DNA of 64,000 bases. It comes from Bacteroidia bacterium. Lineage in GTDB: Bacteria; Bacteroidota; Bacteroidia; SpSt-205. The translations under genes and the position numbers were made by a program. The notes under the pieces were generated by a model that ran no database searches, was not told the DNA's origin, and saw only the letters and a program-made list of their open reading frames with translations. The stretch spans positions 151 to 64,150 of the forward strand of contig JANWXY010000085.1 in NCBI GenBank assembly GCA_025057135.1. The letters are read 5' to 3'. This document shows positions 46,558 to 56,175 of this stretch, piece by piece (within the stretch, counting starts at the first letter, position 1; each line of letters opens with the position of its first letter).

Positions 46558-47730
46558 ATGCGCCCTCCATGGCAAATCCCGGTAATTTTGGCTGTTACAA
46601 CTTTCATACACTATTTAGACAGGAATGCGCTGGCTCTGGCTCTGCCGCGAATAGCAGATGAGCAGCGATGGAGCGATACAGATATCGGCCTGTATGGAGA
46701 ATATCTTTTAGGGGCATTCTATATTTCCTTTGGCCTTATCCAGATATTTTTCAGTGGATATGCCGAAAAATGGAGTGTGAAAGGGGGATTGATGCTATCA
46801 GTTGGTGGTTTCTCTATCTCAACGCTCCTGTTTTATCCCTTTGGCTATACCTTAGGAAACTTGATTGCTTTACGCGGTCTACTGGGAGCAGCGGAAAGCC
46901 TTCACATGCCGATGAATAGCGCAATTGTCGCCCGTACCTTTCCACCTCAGCTACGCGGTCGGGCTAACTCTATCTACGTCGGCGGCATATTACTTGCCTT
47001 GATGCTTGGTCCGATTTTACTCATTCCTCTGATAGAAGCCCTGGGATGGCGTGTAAGTTTCGGCTTACTGGGATTTGCTGGTCTAGTGATTGCGCTGCCC
47101 TTGGTGTATTGGGGTATTCCTTCCCTACCCTCTGGTATCTCCTATAAGACTGCTTCACCGCGCCTTTCGGGAACCTTCTGGCTATATGTAGCCGCAGGAG
47201 CGGCGAATGCATTCTGCATTTTCGGCATGCTGAATTGGCTTCCAAGTTTTCTAACCCACTCCAGAGGGATACCCTTTAGTGGGCTCTCGGGACCTTTGTT
47301 GGCTATATTTTCAGCTGGCATATTGGGGGTTTTTCTATGGGCATGGATAGGGGATCGTACCCAAAATCGGCTTCTCTGGGCGATCATAGGACTCGCCATC
47401 GCCGGAGTAAGTGTAGGGATGACGGCTATCCCCATGGAAAACTCTACTCTACTGACGCTTTTGACTTTGGGCGTCTTTTTTCAAAGCAGCTACAATGCCC
47501 AAGAGTTTGCCACACTTCAGAGCTTGTATCCAGCCCATCAGGTAGGTAAAGTCACGGGACTGTATAATGGACTTACTGTCTTGATTGGGGGGGTAGGGGG
47601 GTCATTTATTCCGGGTTTGATTATCGCATGGACAGGCAGTTTTCAGAAAGCGATTTTGAGCATAGCTGTGGGCGCAGGTATTGTAGCCCTACTCCTTCTG
47701 ACGGTACGGGCACACTTGCGAAAAGCATGA
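46558..47730 (+). CDS. MFS transporter.
   Basis: Twelve predicted TM helices. The MFS motif region GRANSIYVGGILLALMLGP is present. The mtaB start follows 13 bp downstream. Confidence 0.75.
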   Translation: MRPPWQIPVILAVTTFIHYLDRNALALALPRIADEQRWSDTDIGLYGEYLLGAFYISFGLIQIFFSGYAEKWSVKGGLMLSVGGFSISTLLFYPFGYTLGNLIALRGLLGAAESLHMPMNSAIVARTFPPQLRGRANSIYVGGILLALMLGPILLIPLIEALGWRVSFGLLGFAGLVIALPLVYWGIPSLPSGISYKTASPRLSGTFWLYVAAGAANAFCIFGMLNWLPSFLTHSRGIPFSGLSGPLLAIFSAGILGVFLWAWIGDRTQNRLLWAIIGLAIAGVSVGMTAIPMENSTLLTLLTLGVFFQSSYNAQEFATLQSLYPAHQVGKVTGLYNGLTVLIGGVGGSFIPGLIIAWTGSFQKAILSIAVGAGIVALLLLTVRAHLRKA

Positions 47731-47743
47731 TATCTTCGCAGAG

Positions 47744-49045
47744 GTGGCTCGGATAGCCCTCCATACCTTAGGCTGCAAGCTGAACTTCGCAGAGACAGCT
47801 ACCATAGCCCGCCAGCTTACCTCAGCTGGACACACCTTGACCGATTGGGAAGCGCCGGCAGATGTGTATATACTGAATACCTGCACAGTGACCCACCAAG
47901 CGGAACGAAAAGCACATAAACTTCTCCGCCAAATTCACCGACGCGCTCCTGAGGCTTTGATTATAGTGACAGGCTGCTATGCTCAACTTCGCCCAGAAGC
48001 CTTCCAAAATGAGCCGGGCGTAGCCCTCGTCGCCCGCAATACTCAGAAACCCTATTTGGCCCAAGCGGTTGATGACCTCCTTCAAATGAAGTCCGTCTCC
48101 CTGCCCGCCCCCCCTTCCCAGGGATGGTCTTTCTGGCTGAGTAGTTCTGGCGAAGGTCGTACTCGGGCTTTCCTGAAGGTTCAGGACGGGTGTGATTACA
48201 AATGCAGTTTCTGCACCATCCCCCAAGCTCGTGGTCCTAGCCGCAGCGCCACTCCGGAGACCGTCCTACAAGAGCTTTATACGATCGCCCAAGCGGGTTT
48301 CAAAGAAGTCGTCCTCACAGGAATCAATCTGGGTGACTACGGAAAGCCACACGGTACAGACTTTCTTACTCTATTGCAGTGGATTGAGAAAAAAGGCCCC
48401 TCGGAAATCCGTCGCTATCGCCTCTCGTCCATAGAACCCAATCTTCTACACGATGAGATTTTGGACTTTATCGCTGAGCATGAACGATGGGCTCCGCACT
48501 TTCATTTGCCCCTCCAGAGTGGGAGCGATAGACTCTTAGGGCGTATGCGTCGCCGGTATCGTCGCCGGCTATATGAAGACCGCATCAATGCCATTCGTCG
48601 CCGATTCCCTCTCGCTGGGATTGGAGTGGACGTAATAGTCGGCTTTCCGGGAGAAAGCGAGTCTGACTTCCAGGAGACTCACTTGTTTTTAGCTGAGCTG
48701 CCGGTAAGCTATTTACATGTTTTTCCTTACAGCGAGCGCCCCGGAACCTTGGCTGCTACTTTTTCAGATCAGGTACCTTGGGAAGTTCGCCTGTGGCGTA
48801 GCGAAATACTCCGAGAGCTTTCACAGCGAAAGAAAGCTGTTTTCGCCCAGAGCTGTATTGGTCACCCGTTACAAGCTCTCCTGGAAACCAGCGAGGAGGG
48901 TCTGACAGAAAACTATTTGCGGGTGCGTGTGACAGGAGGTGAGGTAGGCACGCTGACCCCCGTCCTACTGACTGGCACACAAGATGAAGAAGGGCTTTTT
49001 CATGCAAGGATAATCAATCAGCCCCACCCTATACCGACCTTGTAA
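47744..49045 (+). CDS. mtaB: tRNA methylthiotransferase of the MiaB/RimO family, most likely MtaB.
   Basis: N-terminal MTTase domain with three Cys (LGCKLN, NTCTVT, VTGCYAQ). Radical-SAM CDYKCSFC. At 433 aa it is the typical size for MtaB. Confidence 0.7.
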   Translation: MARIALHTLGCKLNFAETATIARQLTSAGHTLTDWEAPADVYILNTCTVTHQAERKAHKLLRQIHRRAPEALIIVTGCYAQLRPEAFQNEPGVALVARNTQKPYLAQAVDDLLQMKSVSLPAPPSQGWSFWLSSSGEGRTRAFLKVQDGCDYKCSFCTIPQARGPSRSATPETVLQELYTIAQAGFKEVVLTGINLGDYGKPHGTDFLTLLQWIEKKGPSEIRRYRLSSIEPNLLHDEILDFIAEHERWAPHFHLPLQSGSDRLLGRMRRRYRRRLYEDRINAIRRRFPLAGIGVDVIVGFPGESESDFQETHLFLAELPVSYLHVFPYSERPGTLAATFSDQVPWEVRLWRSEILRELSQRKKAVFAQSCIGHPLQALLETSEEGLTENYLRVRVTGGEVGTLTPVLLTGTQDEEGLFHARIINQPHPIPTL

Positions 49046-49122
49046 GAGTCCTGTCGTCCAGCCTGTCGCACAAAATAAAAATCTCATGCAGCACTTCTCT
49101 TTGGGCCCCTCGCCCTGTGCAG

Positions 49123-49164
49123 AAAATAGAAAAAGCGGCAACCGTCACTGTGGATGATTGCCGC
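49123..49164 (-). terminator. Candidate rho-independent terminator for the ACIII operon. Stem gcggcaa/ttgccgc with a 16-nt loop. The minus-strand U-tract is the plus-strand aaaatagaaaaa.
   Basis: Read directly. The long loop lowers confidence. Confidence 0.4.
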
Positions 49165-49193
49165 CATATGCATTAGGTTGACTCAGGCAGAGC

Positions 49194-50471
49194 TTACATC
49201 GGTTCGTAGCTGTGATGAACGCTTTCCTCTAAATAAGGATGATGCCGAGGAGTCAAAGAAGGAAACTTTTCCATCTGGCGAGCCGCAAGCCAAAATAGCC
49301 CCCCTGCACCAATCAAGAAGAAGCCTACTTCCATCGCTCCGAGGCCACCAGCTTTACCGGCTACCGAAGGCATCACGACCATAAAGGTATCCAACCAGTG
49401 CGTGAAAAGGAGAATGCCAGTTATTATGCTCAACCATGTATAGTTTCTCTTGATTGAGGCGCTCATAAGTCCCAGAAGCGGGAGTAGGAAGTTTAGAACG
49501 ATCGTGACATAGAAAATCGGCACATACTGGGGATTGACATGAGCCCTTATCCGCTCATAGAACCAGAAGGTTTCCTCGGGGATATTTGCATACCAGATGA
49601 GCATAAACTGCCCGTAGAAGATATACGTCCAGAATATACTGAAAGCAAAAACAAACTTGCCCAAATCATGAATATGACTATCATTTACTCCCGATAGATA
49701 GCCATTTTTCTTCAAGATAACGGCGGAGAAGGTGATGAAGCAAATAGTTGTAATCCAGAGATTAGCGAAATTGTACACTGCGAACATGGTACTAAACCAG
49801 TGAGGCGAAGTGCTCATAAGCCAATCCCAGCTGGCTATTGACCAGCTAAGGGCGAAAAATACAATGAAGCCCGCGGCCAACCTGCGTAAGTTATGAAAGT
49901 ATCTTATTTCGCCCGTGCTATCCAGACTTTCCCAGTTCTTCGTAAATCCGCGCCAGAAAAGCAACCATCCTCCCAGAATAATCGCCAAACGAATAGCAAA
50001 GAAAGGGAGGTTGAGATAGCCGCTCTTGTGCCTGAGAATCTCATCCTTCGCTACAACATCGCTGTGGGTCCATTCATAGAGGATGGTAGAAAGAGACAAG
50101 ATAACGATAGCCAGCAAACCGGCTGTTACCGGAAGGCTGCGCGCAAATGCCTGTGGTATCCGCTGAATCATCACATACCATCCCGCATTCGCAGCATAAC
50201 CTACCGCTAAGAAGAAGACGGATAAAATGCTGACCCCCAGCATATACATGCTGGTGATGAGCAAATTGGCGGAGAGGCGACTCAACCATGGGGCGGTATG
50301 GTGACCATGTCCCTCCGAATGTTCCACATGAATACCAAACGCTTGTACTAATCCCACTAAGACGAGGATTATTCCTATCACAAAAGCATAGAGCAGGTAC
50401 TTACGCAGAGACGCAGGCATAGCGAAGCGTTCATGCCAGTTTATATTAGAGGAGGCGTGCGAATGTCCCAT
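49194..50471 (-). CDS. actF: Alternative complex III subunit ActF (second NrfD-like membrane subunit).
   Basis: Polytopic membrane protein homologous to the upstream ActC-like gene. It is the last gene of the act cluster. Confidence 0.7.
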   Translation of the reverse strand: MGHSHASSNINWHERFAMPASLRKYLLYAFVIGIILVLVGLVQAFGIHVEHSEGHGHHTAPWLSRLSANLLITSMYMLGVSILSVFFLAVGYAANAGWYVMIQRIPQAFARSLPVTAGLLAIVILSLSTILYEWTHSDVVAKDEILRHKSGYLNLPFFAIRLAIILGGWLLFWRGFTKNWESLDSTGEIRYFHNLRRLAAGFIVFFALSWSIASWDWLMSTSPHWFSTMFAVYNFANLWITTICFITFSAVILKKNGYLSGVNDSHIHDLGKFVFAFSIFWTYIFYGQFMLIWYANIPEETFWFYERIRAHVNPQYVPIFYVTIVLNFLLPLLGLMSASIKRNYTWLSIITGILLFTHWLDTFMVVMPSVAGKAGGLGAMEVGFFLIGAGGLFWLAARQMEKFPSLTPRHHPYLEESVHHSYEPM

Positions 50472-50474
50472 AGT

Positions 50475-51143
50475 CTATTGTTTTTTGCCGGGTTTATCTT
50501 GATTTTTATCGGTATTTTTAGCTTTGGATTGAGTGGTATCGGAGGCGGCAGATTGAGCCTCTTCCATCAGCCCCTTTGCTCTCAGCTCCTGGACGTACAT
50601 AATAACCTTCCAACGCTCCTCGGGAGACAGTTGAGAGGCATGAGACCCCATCAGATTCTTTCCGTAGGTAATAGAATGGAACATCTTTCCCTCTGGAAGC
50701 TCTCGGAGCTGCGGACCATAGTAAGAGGGGACCTGAGGAAACTTTCCAGCTTGGACAATGGTACCTAATCCATTGCCCTTTTCTCCATGACAGTGAATAC
50801 AGTAATACTCATAGAGCTTTTTACCCTCGGCTATGTTCTCTGGCGTGCGAGGGAGCGGATTTTTTAGCTCCTTCCCCGCTTGTTCGTACCCTTCGTTGGT
50901 GTTCGGATATGGGTAGATATAGGAGACTTTACCCCGAGGAATCGTACCAGAAACGGGTTCTATGAGGTGTTTATTATCTTTCGTATAAGCAAAGTAATCC
51001 GTCTGGGAATAGGGGTCAAGGGGAATGGAGTGGTACATCTGAGGAGCGTATTCTAACCCCGTATCTCGAGGGTCAGTCGCAGCACAACCGGAAACAGCTA
51101 TGATAGCTGTAAAAGCAGCGAAAAATACTAATGTACGCCTCAT
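50475..51143 (-). CDS. actE: Alternative complex III monoheme cytochrome c subunit ActE (lipoprotein).
   Basis: MRRTLVFFAAFTAIIAVSGCAA lipobox. A single CIHCHG heme-binding site. The ATG at 51143 overlaps the actD stop (ATGA). Confidence 0.7.
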   Translation of the reverse strand: MRRTLVFFAAFTAIIAVSGCAATDPRDTGLEYAPQMYHSIPLDPYSQTDYFAYTKDNKHLIEPVSGTIPRGKVSYIYPYPNTNEGYEQAGKELKNPLPRTPENIAEGKKLYEYYCIHCHGEKGNGLGTIVQAGKFPQVPSYYGPQLRELPEGKMFHSITYGKNLMGSHASQLSPEERWKVIMYVQELRAKGLMEEAQSAASDTTQSKAKNTDKNQDKPGKKQ

Positions 51144-51646
51144 CTTTCTACAATTTTGGCTTCTATGGCACCTGTTTTTTGAAATAGGGAGCGGGCGGTA
51201 TCCCAAGCTCTCTCATCAGAAATCGCTATAACCATGGCATCATCAGTTTGTCGGGGATCATATATAAGAGCTTTGCGCCCCGGATAGAGCCTATTCACGA
51301 ATAAATATGAGAGAAACATAAGCACCCCCGCAAATAAAACCGTCAGCTCAAATGTGATGGGGATGAAGCTTGGGAAGGGGAGATTAGATTTACCACCGAT
51401 ATTTACAGGCCAATCTATGGTGTACATATAAATCTGCATAGAGAGTGCCGTGAGAGTGCCGAGAGCCCCATAAACAAATGCTGCATCGGGCAGGCGAGAC
51501 TTCTTCAGGTGTAGCGCGTGATCTAATCCATGGACGGGAAATGGAGTACAGACCTCATGGATGGGTACATGCTCTTTCCGAAAGGTTTCCACGGCAGCCA
51601 GGAGTTTATCTTCATCGTCGTATAGCCCTATCAGGTACTTCGGCAT
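51140..51646 (-). CDS. actD: Alternative complex III membrane subunit ActD (DUF3341).
   Basis: 168 aa. N-terminal soluble part followed by two TM helices. Its position between actC and actE matches the operon order. Confidence 0.7.
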   Translation of the reverse strand: MPKYLIGLYDDEDKLLAAVETFRKEHVPIHEVCTPFPVHGLDHALHLKKSRLPDAAFVYGALGTLTALSMQIYMYTIDWPVNIGGKSNLPFPSFIPITFELTVLFAGVLMFLSYLFVNRLYPGRKALIYDPRQTDDAMVIAISDERAWDTARSLFQKTGAIEAKIVER

Positions 51647-51652
51647 ATGGTA

Positions 51653-53107
51653 TCAAGATTTTGGAGTGTCGGCATCCATAGCAGGTTGCAGTGCAGGTGA
51701 CACAGAGCCTTGGCGTTTTTGGGCTTGATAAGCCTCCCATGCAAGGCCCGCATATTGGTCACCAGAAGTTTTCAGAATACTTTTAGTCTCAGCAGCCGCT
51801 ATAACTGGCAGATAACGGGCGAAGAGCAAATAAAGCGTCAGGAATAAGCCAAATGTTCCCACAAATATTGTAACCTCCACCCACGTAGGAGCATACATCC
51901 GCCAAGAGGACGCCAGGAAGTCTCTATGAAGGGAAGTCACGATAATAACAAACCGTTCAAACCACATCCCGATATTGACGAATATGGATATAATGAAGAC
52001 GAACCAGGGACTGCGGCGTAGCTTCTTGAACCAAAAGACCTGAGGGATAAATAGATTACAAGACACCATAGCCCAGTACGACCACCAGTACGGACCGAAA
52101 GCTCTATTTAGAAAAATGTATCTCTCCCAGTAAGAACCTGAGTACCAGGCGATGAAAAATTCAGTAGCATATGCGAAGCCCACCATCATCCCCGTCGCCA
52201 AGGTGACCTTCGCCATGGCGTCAATGTGCTCGAGAGTAATATAGTCTTTCAAATCCAACACTTCTCGAGTAATAATCATCAGTGTGAGTACCATCCCAAA
52301 GCCTGAGAATATAGCCCCGGCGACGAAATACGGAGGGAAAATAGTTGTATGCCACCCTGGTAATATAGAAGTAGCGAAGTCAAAACTCACTATAGAATGC
52401 ACGGACAAAACTAGAGGGGTAGAAAGCCCAGCGAGAACTAACGATACTGCTTCGAAGCGTTGCCATTGCTTCGCACTACCAGTCCATCCGAAAGAGAGCA
52501 GACTATATACCGCATGTGCGAAACTTCCCGGCTTGGCTCGGTCACGAACCATCGCAAGGTCAGGAATAAGCCCTGTGTACCAGAAAAGCAGGGAAATAGT
52601 AAAGTAGGTACTGATAGCGAAAACATCCCAAAGCAAGGGGGAATTGAAATTCACCCAAAGTGAGCCATGCGTATTGGGGAGGGGTAAAAACCAGAAAGCT
52701 AACCATGGACGACCCATGTGTATGATAGGAAAGAGCCCGGCACATATCACGGCGAAAATCGTCATTGCTTCTGCGGCGCGATTGATGGCCATACGCCACC
52801 TCTGACGAAAGAGGAGAAGTATCGCTGATATGAGGGTACCTGCGTGCCCTATACCTATCCAGAAAACGAAGTTGGTAATGTCAAAAGCCCAACCGACAGT
52901 CTTATTTAAGCCCCATGTCCCGATACCCACCCAAAGGGTATAGGCTATGGCACCAAATCCAGCAAACATTACCCCTGCCGTAAAGGCAGTAGTTACATAC
53001 CACTTCCAACTGGCAGGACCAAGGATTGGGGCGACTAAGTCGTCGGTTATCTTCCGATAGGTCTTGCGACCTGTAATCAGCGGCTCTCTAATCGGGCTCT
53101 CAAACAT
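51653..53107 (-). CDS. actC: Alternative complex III quinol-oxidising membrane subunit ActC (NrfD/PsrC family).
   Basis: Ten TM helices. NrfD-family pattern WFLPLPNTHGSLWVNFNSPLLWD. Confidence 0.85.
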   Translation of the reverse strand: MFESPIREPLITGRKTYRKITDDLVAPILGPASWKWYVTTAFTAGVMFAGFGAIAYTLWVGIGTWGLNKTVGWAFDITNFVFWIGIGHAGTLISAILLLFRQRWRMAINRAAEAMTIFAVICAGLFPIIHMGRPWLAFWFLPLPNTHGSLWVNFNSPLLWDVFAISTYFTISLLFWYTGLIPDLAMVRDRAKPGSFAHAVYSLLSFGWTGSAKQWQRFEAVSLVLAGLSTPLVLSVHSIVSFDFATSILPGWHTTIFPPYFVAGAIFSGFGMVLTLMIITREVLDLKDYITLEHIDAMAKVTLATGMMVGFAYATEFFIAWYSGSYWERYIFLNRAFGPYWWSYWAMVSCNLFIPQVFWFKKLRRSPWFVFIISIFVNIGMWFERFVIIVTSLHRDFLASSWRMYAPTWVEVTIFVGTFGLFLTLYLLFARYLPVIAAAETKSILKTSGDQYAGLAWEAYQAQKRQGSVSPALQPAMDADTPKS

Positions 53108-53109
53108 AG

Positions 53110-56100
53110 TTATGCATGATGAGTTTGAGGGATTTCTTCATTACGAATTTTGACCATATAACGCACAGAAGGGCGAATATTCAACTCAGACAGAGCATAA
53201 TAACCACGAGGTTCGGCGGAACGCTTGGATACCAGACTCTCTGGATCATTCAAATCCCCGAAGACAATGGCTCCCGTAGGACAGGCTTGCTGGCAGGCTG
53301 TCTTTATATCGCCATCGCGCAGGGGACGCCCTTGCTTTTTCGCCTCCAACTTCCCAGCTTGGATACGCTGGGTGCAGAAGCTACATTTCTCCATGACGCC
53401 CCGCGCCCGCACTGTGACGTCGGGATTAAGTACCATGCGCCCGAGCTCATCTACAGGGTTGAAGACCCAGCGTTCCGCATTTGTATAATCAAACCAGTTG
53501 AAACGACGGACTTTGTAAGGACAGTTGTTTGCGCAGTAGCGGGTACCGACGCAGCGGTTATAGACCTGTTGATTGATTCCTTCGGAGCTATGGGCAATCG
53601 CTAAGACCGGACAGACCGTTTCACATGGAGCGTGGTCGCAGTGCTGACAAAGCATAGGTTGGAAAAATGCCCGAGGGAAATCTTCGGGAGGAGCGGCTGG
53701 GAACTCTTCTGGCTTTCCTGTATGACCTCGTTGAGAAGTGAAATAACGGTCTATCCGTATCCAGTGCATGTCTCGCCCCCTCCGCATTTCATCCCGTCCC
53801 ACCACAGGTATGTTATTCTCTGCAATACAAGCCACGACGCAGGCGCCACATCCTGTACAGAGATTCAGGTCTATGGCCATGCCCCACTTGTGCCCTGGCT
53901 GCGGGTGCTCTTTCCACCATAGACTAATCAGCTCATGAGCTTCGTGATTGCCAGCCTTTTTGTCCTCCTTATAAGCAGCTAAGGAAGCCTCGCGAATGTA
54001 TTCTCTCCCGACATAGGTCTCCCACTGCTGAATGCGCGCTAACTCATAGTTCGCATTCAGTTTAGCTACCGAGGCATCCAGAGCGACACAAGTGCGATGG
54101 CCAGATGGTAGCTTAGAGAAAAAGCTAAACACATTTTTACCAATACCTACCGCCGCTCGTCCCCCCACATCACGCCCATATCCCATAGCGACGGCTATGG
54201 TCTTAGGATCAGCACCAGGTAGAACATATACAGGCAGCTCTACGGAAACATTCCCCACCGAAAGGGTAATAACATCATTCGTGTTTAGTCCTGCCTGGCG
54301 GGCATAAACGGGCGAAATGACAGCATAGTTATCCCATGATACCCGGGAGACGGGATCAGGAAACTCCTGAAGCCAGGGATTATCGGCTACTCTACCATCT
54401 CCGATACCGACTTTCTCATAAACATATACTGTAAGAGGCGGAGGGTCTTGGAGGGCTGGAAGCTGCGCCACCCACTGAGCAAGATTCCAGTTCAGCTTAG
54501 GCTGCGCAGCCGGGGTGTTAGTCATGTCTAATACCCCTCGCTCTAAGACACTCAGCCAAAAAGCCTCAGCTGTCTCTACAGGCAAAGGCGCTTCTGTCTG
54601 AGCCCAGAATGGCTGAGCTTTTCCACCTTCTCGAGCCTTTAGGACGTCTTTGTATGCAGGGTAAATGTTTTTCGCCCAAAAAGCTTTCAGATAGTCTAAG
54701 TGCGATTCAGTTCGTCCCAACCAGCCCAGCAATATCTCTGCAAACGACTTCGTAGAAAATATCTTGGCTATAGTAGGTTGCTGAAGCGTGTAGAGTCCAT
54801 CATAGGGCTGTGCATCCCCCCAACTCTCTAAATAGTGGTCCTCAGCTAATACATACTTACAAAGCTGAGCGGTTTCGTTTTTATACTGGGTGATGGATAC
54901 GGAAACAGGTACGCTCTTCAAGACATCAATAAAGGTAGATGCCTGAGGATAATCATAAGCCGGATTGACCTGGTGAAGGATTACGCCTCCCACACGCCCT
55001 GCCTTTGCCTCAGTAAGAAAAGTCTCAAAGTCAGCATCCTTCTCAGAGCGGAGGCGACAGCCAGGCTGGACGAAAATCGTATTACCATAGCTATCCAGCA
55101 GGATATTTATACCCGCCACAAGGGCTTGGAATACTGGAATATGTGAGCGAGCAACAACAATCGCTTTGCCACGCGATTCCCATAGGCGCTTGGCAGTGTG
55201 AGCGATATCACCATTTGGGGTATCCCAACGATCATTATTAGCTGGAGGCTGTCCAGCAAGCTCCGCGATACGGTTATAGAGATTCACGATAGCCCGCTGA
55301 ATCTCTACTGGAGATAAAGCGATTCGCCTATCTGCACTCAGACCAGTGATTGTAGGTACAGACTCAAACTGTACATGATAGGAAAGATTTGTAGCCTCCC
55401 CATATAACTGACGATTTTTCGACCACTGACGAGAAAAGGTAGTTGGATCCAACCAGGTCCCGAGAAAGTCTGCATTGAGCCCAACTATCACCTGGGCTTT
55501 ATCAAAACGGTATGTGGGGGCTGTTCGCACGCCGAAGATAACTTCATGAGCGGTAAGGAGCGCATCGTAAGACTCAGGGGCATAAACGATGTGACGTGCA
55601 TTCTTGAATGTACCGAGCCATTCACTAATAAGGTTTTGTAGTGATGGACTGATGATTGGAGCGGTAATCAAGTAGATGAGCTTGCCTTGCGCATCCTGAG
55701 CCTTGAGCTGCTCTACCAGAGCAGCTCCTAATGCACTCCAGTCCGACTCCTGACCATCTGCCTGAGGCTTTTGGAGCCGCATATGATCATACAACGAAAG
55801 GACAGAAGCTTGCCCCCGAACATGGGTACCGCCTTCTGACAGAGGGAAGGACGGATTGCCTTCTATCTTGATGGGACGCCCATCCCGAACTTTCGCAAGT
55901 ACAGATTGAAATATCTGCCCATCAAAGTAAGTCGTAGCATAATAGTCAGCTATGCTGGGTATATGCTCAGCTGGCTTTTTTACATAGGGCAGGGCGTACT
56001 TGACAGGGGATTTTTCACAGGCAGCCAGCACCGCTGCGCTAAGCGTTACGCCGCACCACTTGAGAAAGTCTCGGCGATTAGTATTTGGACCTTCCTCAAA

Positions 56101-56175
56101 AAGGGCTTCTACGGGGATATCTTTGGAAAAATCTTTCATACTTATCGACTTATTTAGTAATGGCATTTTGAGCAT
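53110..56175 (-). CDS. actB: Alternative complex III iron-sulfur / molybdopterin-oxidoreductase-like subunit ActB.
   Basis: Tat signal RRDFLKWCGVTLSAAVLAAC. Large MopB-like domain. C-terminal 4Fe-4S ferredoxin cysteine clusters (CTGCGACVVAC, CQHCDHAPC, CVGTRYCANNCP, CSFCTQR). Confidence 0.85.
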   Translation of the reverse strand: MLKMPLLNKSISMKDFSKDIPVEALFEEGPNTNRRDFLKWCGVTLSAAVLAACEKSPVKYALPYVKKPAEHIPSIADYYATTYFDGQIFQSVLAKVRDGRPIKIEGNPSFPLSEGGTHVRGQASVLSLYDHMRLQKPQADGQESDWSALGAALVEQLKAQDAQGKLIYLITAPIISPSLQNLISEWLGTFKNARHIVYAPESYDALLTAHEVIFGVRTAPTYRFDKAQVIVGLNADFLGTWLDPTTFSRQWSKNRQLYGEATNLSYHVQFESVPTITGLSADRRIALSPVEIQRAIVNLYNRIAELAGQPPANNDRWDTPNGDIAHTAKRLWESRGKAIVVARSHIPVFQALVAGINILLDSYGNTIFVQPGCRLRSEKDADFETFLTEAKAGRVGGVILHQVNPAYDYPQASTFIDVLKSVPVSVSITQYKNETAQLCKYVLAEDHYLESWGDAQPYDGLYTLQQPTIAKIFSTKSFAEILLGWLGRTESHLDYLKAFWAKNIYPAYKDVLKAREGGKAQPFWAQTEAPLPVETAEAFWLSVLERGVLDMTNTPAAQPKLNWNLAQWVAQLPALQDPPPLTVYVYEKVGIGDGRVADNPWLQEFPDPVSRVSWDNYAVISPVYARQAGLNTNDVITLSVGNVSVELPVYVLPGADPKTIAVAMGYGRDVGGRAAVGIGKNVFSFFSKLPSGHRTCVALDASVAKLNANYELARIQQWETYVGREYIREASLAAYKEDKKAGNHEAHELISLWWKEHPQPGHKWGMAIDLNLCTGCGACVVACIAENNIPVVGRDEMRRGRDMHWIRIDRYFTSQRGHTGKPEEFPAAPPEDFPRAFFQPMLCQHCDHAPCETVCPVLAIAHSSEGINQQVYNRCVGTRYCANNCPYKVRRFNWFDYTNAERWVFNPVDELGRMVLNPDVTVRARGVMEKCSFCTQRIQAGKLEAKKQGRPLRDGDIKTACQQACPTGAIVFGDLNDPESLVSKRSAEPRGYYALSELNIRPSVRYMVKIRNEEIPQTHHA

